Source: the human T2T-CHM13v2.0 reference genome, Homo sapiens
Length of the DNA: 64,000 bases
Assembly (NCBI RefSeq): GCF_009914755.1
Contig: NC_060926.1
Reading direction: 5' to 3' (one strand)
Shown: positions 54,111 through 64,000 of the stretch, piece by piece
Layout: each line of letters starts with the position of its first letter
Numbering within the stretch: position 1 is the stretch's first letter
Position numbers and translations under genes: made by a program
The notes under the pieces: model-generated
Seen by the model: the letters and a program-made list of their open reading frames with translations, nothing else
Databases searched by the model: none
Told to the model about the DNA's origin: nothing

Positions 54111-54730
54111 TAAAATGCATTTAATTGGAATAGTTCTTAATGGCTTCTCGTCTTCTCAGTCTACCTGAAGATTCACTGAATCTAAGGCAAAAATACATAC
54201 GTAGGCTCACAGTTTGTCTAAGTACTTAAAAATTACAAATCAAGCTAAAAGCTGTCAAATAAAATTTCCCCCCATATTTGCCAAATATGCCTTCATAAAG
54301 ATGAAATTAAAAACATAAAGCTGTTTTTAAATGACCGAAAATAATTGAAATATCAGACAGAATTTAAGTATTATTTTAAAAGTATGGCTATTCTTCTGAT
54401 GGGCTGGTGAAATTTGGACAGTTAACAAAAAAGATATATATTAATTACTAAAGTATTATTTCTTTATTCAATATAATTTACTTTTTGTTTTCTAATTTTA
54501 GCAAAATTACTAAGTTACTATAGTTGTATTTGTACATAATTTTAATTCTAATGGCAAGGCTGACGTAAAGGATTAAAATAAAATGCAATCATAATCACAA
54601 TGTATTAAACGTATATTATTTCATAAAATTCTTAAAAAGAAGATGCAAAATAGAAAAATTATGATATTCTATGTTTTCAAATACATTTTTATATTAGGCA
54701 GGCAAACATATATATTAAATTTAAGAGTCA

Positions 54731-55019
<289 letters not shown>

Positions 55020-55181
55020 AATTAAGAGTCAAAAATCAATTATAAATTCAAATACTTAAATTAAATAAAAATTTAAATTATATTTTGAAAGATTTATAAA
55101 ATTTTAATAAATTCTGTTATTAAAAATAAAACTATTGCAGTTCTTATGTGTTCTAACCCAGATGTAAAGAATTGATCCCTT

Positions 55182-55479
55182 GGCTGGGTGTGTTGGTTCA
55201 TGCCTGTAATCCCAGAACTTTGGGAGGCCAAGGCAGGAAGATTGCTTGAGCCCAGGAGTTTGAGACCACCCTAGGAAACATGGTGAAACCCATCTCTACA
55301 AAAAGTACAAAAATGAGCCTGGTGTGGTGGTGCACACCTATAGGCCCAGCTACTCAGGAGGCTAAGGCCAGAGGATCAGCTGAGCACAGGAAGGTCAAAG
55401 CTGCAGTGAGCCATGATCATGCCACTGCACTCCACCTAGGACAACAGAGACTTTGTCTCAAAAAGAAAAAAAAAAAAAA
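55182..55479 (+). mobile_element. AluJ
   Basis: GATTGCTTGAGCCCAGGAGTTTGAGACC; degenerate TSD AATTGATCCCTT / AATTGGTACCTT. Confidence 0.95.
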
Positions 55480-56924
55480 TTGGTACCTTGCATCGCCATG
55501 TTACATCTAGACCTACAGTGAAAAAAAGTTAACCATTAAATTTTTCACATTGAAAAATATTCCGTAGCCAATAAGAGCAACTATTGTAAAAACTGTGCTA
55601 ATTCATGAGTGTCTCCGGAACTTCAAATTAGAACAGGAAGAGAGGAAATAAAATGGAAGCTTGACATTCTTGGGAAATGGTACTATTTCATAAAAATACA
55701 TTGCATGCATGCTTTCTGAAGGGAAGAATTTGACCAAAAAAAAGTCTTTTCTCTTACCAAGTGCTTCCACTGCTTAAATGTCCCATGCTCTCTGAAGCAT
55801 TGTCTCCCTCTGGTATCAGCAGGAGTACAACTCTTACATCTTCATGGAATGTGGATGCAAGTGTCTTGTCTTTTTTTTTTTTTTTTTTCTTTTTTTTGTA
55901 AGGACTTTGGACAAGAGATGTGGAGAGTATTTTCCTGAGGACAGATTGGGATGAACAACAAAGTGAACCTTCAGGGTTATGAATTTTATTAATTTTATTG
56001 ACCACTGCTGAGTGCCAGATCCTGAATTCCGGATAACCTCATCTGTAATGTACAACACTTGTTTTGTATATTTCTGATATGCGAGGTCATCTAAAGCAGG
56101 AATTCCATTTTCCGTAAGACAATCTCTACCTTTAGTGAACAATCTCTCCCATCGTCTACTGGAAAAAAATCTTTAGATGGCATTCAAATTGAAAGCCCTG
56201 ACCCAAACATTGCCTACTTCTCTAAGTTTATGTCTTACCACTGCCGGCCCCTGCATTGATTCTCCTCCCTTAATTTTCCTCTTTCCATAATGTTTATTCC
56301 TTCCATAAATGGTAGAGTTGGGACTTGTACACAAAGTCTAAATCCAGGACTTGTGTCCTAAACACCATACTCAATTGTTCATTCTACTGTTGTTCATCTA
56401 GTGCTTCACTTTTCTTCACAACAGAATTTAGTGGCTCCTATCACCTAAAGGAAAATGTTTATACACAGTGTTGTGGCACCAGATATTAAAACTTACCTCA
56501 AGTGCTCACCAAAATGAATTGTTTCCTCCCTTTCATGTTACACCATATTTACCTCCAAGTAGATTACAGACTCGTTGAAGGCAGAAATTATGCTTTATAC
56601 CTCTTGATGTGCCTCTTATTACTAAACACAATGATGTGATGTGTGGCATTAAAAAGTTACTTTCTTAAAGAATCCATTTTCATTTGAAAAAAACACCTAT
56701 AGTTCAGAGACACCTTGTGTATAATGAATCATGGTGTTATTTGTTTTCCCTCTCCAATTAATTTGGTGCAATCTCCAGCTAGAACATCATGTCTGGCTAA
56801 TTTATTGCAGGGCCATCCCTCTTCTCCACTGGGACACCTTCTTCTTGTTCTGTATCTGTGTGTGCTTGGGGTGGACACCTGGTGGAAGGTCTGTTCACAG
56901 GCTTGCAGATGGGTGGAGGGGAGC

Positions 56925-56943
56925 ACACCGCCCCCTCGTGAAA
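56925..56943 (-). promoter_or_regulatory. Candidate CTCF binding motif
   Basis: Minus strand TTTCACGAGGGGGCGGTGT versus consensus CCASYAGRKGGCRS; two retained CpGs in a CpG-poor window. Confidence 0.5.
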
Positions 56944-57518
56944 ACTGGCTTGCCACTGAGAGAATTACCTTATGTCCTCTAATCCAAAACCATTCTGCAT
57001 GTTTTCCTTACTAGGATTTAAAGAACATACTCTGTTCCCATCCAAATGTGAGAAGTTTAATTTCAAAATAAAATGTGTCACAATAGCAAAGAAACAAAAA
57101 GTGGAAAGATTCCTTATTTCATTATCAGTCAGCATGTCTTACTTTTAGTGGTTCTATACATAGTATAAATCCTTCAAAATTGCTCTTAATAAAAAGATTA
57201 ACACACTTTTTATTCTTGTGAATCTGAATCATTTAGGAAGAAATGTCAAAGAAATATTTTCCTCACACAGTCCAGTCTAGACATGACAGTTTAACAACTA
57301 CTCATCTTTACCTCTCAAACACGTGTAAGTTCTCTTTTCTTCTGCCATGAAAAGAAGAACATTCCATTAGCCTTATTGTAAACCAGCACTGATAACCCTA
57401 TAGATGGGACAGATATACAACCAGTAGTTATGATTCAAAGGAACTTATAGTGACTTCTGTTGCAATTATCTATCTCTACTGGAGTACACCCACTCTTTAA
57501 TTCATTAAAAAGGAAACA

Positions 57519-57908
<390 letters not shown>

Positions 57909-60290
57909 GAATAATTAAGCACTGGCTATGAATCTATGAATCAGGCATTTTGTCCAGAGGTTAGTCAAGCAAGCATCAAGTGAACTTCCTGCCATCCAGG
58001 AGAACTGATAGTCCCTATCAAAATACAAATGTTATCTAAATAAACTAACACATCAATCCACTTAAACACAAACGGTTTGTCAAATTACTAGTTAGTCACC
58101 CACTAGGGTACTGACCTGATGGAATGAAATTTGTTACAGGTACTTGCGGTAGAAATAACACAGATCAAGATGTCTGTACATGGGATGACGCCTAAATGAA
58201 ACTTTCAGAAGACCAGTTGGTAGATCATTTGGGTTTGTCAAAAGAAGTTAAATAATAAAAAAAATTATGTTAAGAAGTTTTAAAGGCATGGTTGTTTCAA
58301 TTTGTGTTTTATCCTATGACTAACCCAGCATAATGTCCATATCGAAACACTTAAAGTTGTGATATTTTCCTTCCATTAAGGTAAATCTGGTCAGAATGCC
58401 TTTGTGGCCTTGTGCCTTGTGGTCAGAACGCCATATGCTTTATGTGGACAAGAGCATGGACTACAGTTTTCCAAATAGAAAAGCAGAGTTTCCCAGTCCT
58501 CTTCACAGCATTAAAAATCAAATGAGATTTGCGTGACAGACTGGGGTAAAGCAGAAGGGTGTCTACGGCCAAAGGCATCTAACTCCAGGGGCTCCACAAG
58601 ACCCAGGTCCCACACATTTTCCCTAAGGGGGAGCCATGCACAGCTCCACACACCTGCATCCCATGTGCAGCACATGATAATCTTGAGGCACATTTATGAA
58701 GAAGCTCTTCATAGAAGCTAGAGTATATATCTTATAAGACACCAATTTGTAGTATTATAATATAGGAAGGGGAAAATAAGTACCCTTTGAGAAGGAAAAA
58801 TGTGCCATTTTCTATTGCAGAAATTGTTATTTTGAAGAGGACAAAAAGCTGATCATTGGGAAATGGAGGGGTTTACATGTAGAAAACATCATTTGAAAAG
58901 CAGAGTGGCTTTAATAATAAAAGCACTATTCAAAATTGCATAGAACAAAAATTAATATATAAAAATGAATATAACTTTTTCTCTTTTTGTATTTTGCTTG
59001 ATGTTCCACATTTGCTATGATGAGAGCTATATACTTCCATGATTAGAGAAGATTATGTTGATTTAAAGATTAGTAAGAATGTGTCATTGGGAGGAACTTG
59101 GTTAAGCCTTTCCAATTTCCCCTCACAGTGCACTATTGTGTTTAGGGAACCTGGAATGTGCCATCTCATGGCTCCATGTAATTACCATGCAGTAACAGAT
59201 CCTTTAAATATAAATTCAATGCATATTTAGGAGCTAAAGCATACTTAATTGAAAGTGCTACAAGTTGTCTATTCTAAAGAGCTGCTAGCAAATTGGAGAG
59301 TGTCAGAGGATTGTCTGTCCTTTACTTTGAAACCCTTAAATAATGTGACAAAGAGAAGTGGAAGTGGGACTCAAAAAACAGTTGCACAATATTACAGTTG
59401 TGAGTCTCACCTCCTCTCTCAGCAAAGCTCTTCCTGTCACTTCAGTTGATTATCTTTGCAGATTCTTGATGTTTGTTCTGATGAGAACAGTATTGTTATC
59501 AAAGTGTGCCTACTCTCCTCCATTTAACATGCTATTTATTATTCAAGAACTTAGTTTCTAGCTCATTTCTGGTTTGTTTCCATTTTAGTTTTAAAAATAT
59601 GTAATACTGACTTTCTAGATTTTGTTTACTGCATTTCAAATGCTTGTTATCTTTTTCAACTCCTGTGACCACAAAGAGCTGAGTCTACCTTAAACAATGA
59701 GTGATTATCACTTAATTCCTACAAATAATCCTGAATATTGTAGTCTATCTTCATTGTAAAAGTTAAAATTATATGTCCCCAGTTGTTACATGCAAATCTT
59801 CTCTCATTGTCTGAAGAGAGCTCAGGCTTTGTTTGAATTCTTCATCAATGTCATATGTTGATGAGTTGTTCCTTCTCAGATTGATAGTAGCTAGAGAGAA
59901 TATCTGAGAAGAGATGATATTCAACCAAAATCCTTAGAAATTATTTTGACACATAACTTTGATATTTGATTATAAATCTGGAATGCGGTAAAAAAAGTAT
60001 GAAAATATCATTTACTGAATATGTTATTGGGCATATGGATCCCAAGTCCCTATTTTTATTTTGTAAAAATAAGCCATAGACTTAAGTCTGGGAGAAAACT
60101 TGAGACTTGATAGAAGAGTAATTGGTATATTTGCCAAGTAGTAGTATTAGCAAGTAGTAGTGCCTCCCAATCCACTGGTGAAAATATCTCCTATGAGGGA
60201 GAAAGAAATTATCTTCCTCTTCACTAACCTCCTCACCTCCATATTACTTCTTCAAATAAGATTATAGTCAGTTTAGTTCACGTAAGATGG

Positions 60291-60702
60291 TGTCTTAGTC
60301 AGCTCAGTCTGCCATAAAAAACATATCATAGAATGAATGGTTTAAACAACAGAAATTTATTTCTCAAAGTTCTGGAGGCTGGAAAGTCCAAGATCAAAGT
60401 GCTGGCAAGGCAGGTTTCATTCTGAGGCCTTTTCTCTTGGCTTTTTGGAAGCTGCATCCTTGCTGTGTGCTCACATGACCCCTTCTTTATATGGGCATGG
60501 AGTGGAGAAAGAATGAGAATGAGAGAGAGAGAGACCTCTTATCTCTTCTTATAAGGGCACTAATACTATTACGAGTGCCTCATATTCATGACCTCTTCTT
60601 ACTTTCCAAAGGACCCATCTCTAGATACTATCACGTTGTGGGTTAGGGCTCCAGAATGTGAATTCACAGGGCAGTAATAACACAGATATTTAGTCCATAG
60701 CA
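60291..60702 (-). mobile_element. MLT1A-type MaLR LTR
   Basis: TGTCTTAGTC...AAACAACAGAAATTTATTTCTC...TCTGGAGGCTGG...AGTCCATAGCA. Confidence 0.88.
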
Positions 60703-60949
60703 AATAATAAGATAACTTTAATAATAATTAATAATAATTCTTAAGCCTTAGATCTTGCGGGAGCCAAGAAGAACTGTGTTTTAAATGACTTCTGTGATTT
60801 TCATTAGTTTCCTTTTCATGTAATGGGAAGAGTACTGGCCTGATGATACATGCCAAGTGAGTTTAAACTTTAGTTGTATAAGTTTCTAACTGTGTTTGAC
60901 TTTGGATGTTTAGTCTCTTCAAGGATAAAGGTTCATGAACAATTATTTT

Positions 60950-61028
60950 TTACTTCTATGTCTTATTATGCAGTGCAATACAAACAATCATTACTTCTAT
61001 GTCTTATTATGCAGTGCAATACAAACAA
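60950..61028. repeat. Tandem duplication, 38 bp identical, period 41
   Basis: TTACTTCTATGTCTTATTATGCAGTGCAATACAAACAA at 60950-60987 and 60991-61028. Confidence 0.95.
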
Positions 61029-61164
61029 CATACATGGATATGCTTTGAATATAGAAAAACTCAATACATGTTTCAAAAATACTTTTTAATGAAACTTACC
61101 TTGCCTATTATTAGACAAAGGAAACACACTATACAATTAAGCAGACATTTTAAGAAAATAACTA

Positions 61165-61404
61165 CAGTTGACCCTTGAACAACATGGGTTTGAACTAGGC
61201 TGGTCCACTTATATGTGGATGTTTCTCAACCTATTGCAAATCAAAAATACAATATTCCTGGATGTGAAATCCATATATATGGAGAGGTGACTCTTCATAT
61301 ACACAGGCTGGGCAGGACTTATTGCAAGACTTGAGTATGCATGGGTTTGGGAATATGAGGGGCTTCTGGAAACAATCCTCCACCTATATACGAAGGAACA
61401 ACTA
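61165..61404 (+). mobile_element. MER8 (Tigger2-related MITE)
   Basis: TA-CAGTTGACCCTTGAACAACATGGGTTTGAACT start; about 240 bp; end GGAAACAATCCTCC...CGAAGGAACAACT. Confidence 0.85.
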
Positions 61405-64000
61405 TCCATTTGGCCATGATCACCCAAAATTCAAGATGAAGCGTGTCCTATCTTCTAATCTTCATATTATTTTGTTAAATTCTAATTCATTACATAAATT
61501 ATGACCAAAAACTTGGCACAGAAAAGTATTATTTTGTATTTATGTCATGTATTAATTCAGATCAGTAGTTCTACCAGTAAGAACAAAAGAATATGTTCTG
61601 CAGATATGACCTATAGGCTGGTAGTATGATCTTCTAAGGAAAACCATTTTTCTTGAGATTTCTAATATTTTCATTGCTATTAATGGTTTCTTTCAAGTTC
61701 TTAACCATCTCGAGTCAGGTTTGTTGTATTTATCTTTCTCTCTGGTTGCAAATTTCCTTTAATAGTCAATGGGACAATTAGTAAAATACATTCCAAATAC
61801 TCTGGTATAGAATAGGTCCTGGATTTCAGCATTTGAGCAGACACACATCTACGTGTTCATGTCTAGACTTCTATTCAGTACAAAGATAATAGCTTCAGCT
61901 CAGAAAGTATTTCACCACATTTATCTATTGCCTTATTAAAAGTAATTCCCAGAAGGAAACTTCATGAGTAACTATTAATGAGTCATTTACAGTTACTCCA
62001 TAGACCAGATTAACCAAGATAAAATTTTGGTAATGAGTATTACCTAGTAGGAAGGTAGGTTGTAAAAACAGTTTTGGTTGAAACTTGAGTCAATTTAGTT
62101 GTATCAATGAACCTATCAAAATACAACTTAAGAAATAGTTGAATTCTTCAACTTTGAATGACCTTTCAGAGTCTATTTGCAAGGCGTTATTTTCTGTCTT
62201 CTATTTCTTTTCCGCATGCTTGTTCACTTTACATTCCTTTACTGCCTTCACTTATTGATTGCTTGAGTAAAACAAGGCCACACCCTCTGTAGACTCTCGG
62301 TAAACTGATGAGGATGAGGTTGACAGACTAGAAGGTAGGAATAATGTCTAAGTACAGAAATGGGTGTGTCAACTGCCCTCTGAATTGTGAATTCCAACAT
62401 CATGTAGCTGAGGATCTCTGGAGAAATAAGCCAGTCAGCCAACTGACAAAAGAGGCTTCAGGTTTTTGACACAAGGTGTAATGACACTTGGGCAATATGA
62501 CCTGTTCCATGGCATTTTACATTATGTCGTGATAATATCACAAAACATAAAGTTCTTCAGGCGATCTGCTACATCATATTCCACCATGAGTTCATAAGGA
62601 ATTTAAATAGCTGATTATCAACTTGAATTAGTGTAACTGCTGCCAGATAGTTGTAAATAACAACAATAATATATTCAAAGAGTGCCCTTAGTTAAAAATA
62701 CAGTAGGCAAAGAGACAGAATCAGCATTAAACGTCACACAGAAAATTCTGAGTTAAAGATTTGGGCAGCAGTCTACGTTGCACTTGACTTAGAGGTGATT
62801 TTAATAGACTGGGTGGAATCAACAGACTTGCAGCACATATTCATGTTGAATGACTCTAGATGAGTGAAACAAAATACACAAAAGGAGACTAGGTGATAAT
62901 TCTAAGAACCTATATTCTGGGAATAATATTATTAACAACTGTATTCAAATTTATCCTTACTTGTTCGCCGTTCTTTAATTTTCTCTTACTGAGGAGTTTG
63001 GAAATTGAATGTATTCATTCCCCAAAATTATGCCTGTGTGATGAGTTGAACTAATGTTTTTAGAAGTGAGCAGCTCAAATAATGAGAGTTTGGGGGCTAC
63101 TATATTGCACAACTCCAGCGGGCACTATTTACATTGTATTCTGTACTGTAAATATGACATATGGTTACACTGAATTTTATCTAAAAAATAAAAGAACTTC
63201 CTGACATAAACTATTACAGTTTATACCAACAGTCTACTCTATAATTGGGCCCCTCTGCAGGCTTTTAAACATAAATTGACCTCATACTCATCTTTAGAAT
63301 GGCTTATTAAGGCAGGACTCACTAAAAGTCATAATGCCTTTATAGGGGGAGTAGAGAGAAATGGAAGTTGTTGATTAAAAGAAAAACAAAAGGTAGACTA
63401 CTTGACTTAAACATCTCTTATAAGCTATCTTATTTAAATATTTAATCTTCCTTTCTCCAGAGCAGGGAAGTATTTTTTTTTTATTTTATTGCTTACATAA
63501 AATTTTCTACTACACTTGCAATTAAATGTAATGTTCTCCTACTTTCTTTGTTTTTTTCTTTCCTTCCTTACTGTTAAGAGTCATAACCACTTTAGTCCTG
63601 CAATGAGATTAACATCCCTGGAAATATGAAAAATAAGATACCTTAAGAAATACTTGACATGAAGGGTGTAAGATGTGATCGACTTTCACCAGCCTCTGCA
63701 CAAAGACTCCTTGGCAAAAGAAAGTCAAAGAGAGGAAAAAAAAAAAAAAAAAGGCATGAACTAGAACTATAGGTTTTTAACCTTTCCGATTTTTATCATA
63801 GGTGAAAGCAGATCTATGAAACTACTCTATTCTCTACAAACCTGAAGAGAGCCAGGCAAGTTGGGCTCCACATGTCTTGTTATCATTCCAGTAGTACTAT
63901 CTTGGGAAGAGATTATTTCAGTTCTGGAAATGCTAATAGGTTGGCAACATTCCCCCAAGTCTTTCTAGCTTGAAGGAAGGAATGAGGGCAGAGTGCAGCA

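Noticed and set aside
55834-56142. 102-aa ORF as a coding gene or processed pseudogene with a poly-A tail
   Set aside because: Non-ATG start, no recognisable homology, poly-Lys comes from the A-run, no TSD found

Overview
AT-rich, CpG-poor primate (human-like) non-coding DNA, either intergenic or deep intronic. No intact protein-coding gene, RNA gene, CpG island or CRISPR array can be supported. The longer ORFs in the track come mainly from Alu, microsatellite or Tigger1 sequence, and the rest look like chance frames. I recognise about 17 Alu copies or fragments, two L1M pieces, several L2 and MIR fragments, LTRs (MER21, MLT2 with an ERVL stub, MLT1 types, LTR33) and DNA transposon fossils (near-full-length Tigger1, Tigger2a, a Tigger3-type element, MER8, MER5, MADE2). 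Family and subfamily names come from recalled consensus sequences and need RepeatMasker/Dfam confirmation. I found no credible novel multi-gene system. The most notable signals are: (1) an ancient L2-clade reverse transcriptase fossil near 48.2-48.5 kb that is absent from the ORF track; (2) a fully reconstructable nest with two Tiggers in one TATATA run of MER21 and an Alu inside one of them; (3) several DNA-repair or template-switch scars; (4) candidate regulatory elements, including a CTCF motif and PBX-HOX/MEIS, SOX and octamer clusters.
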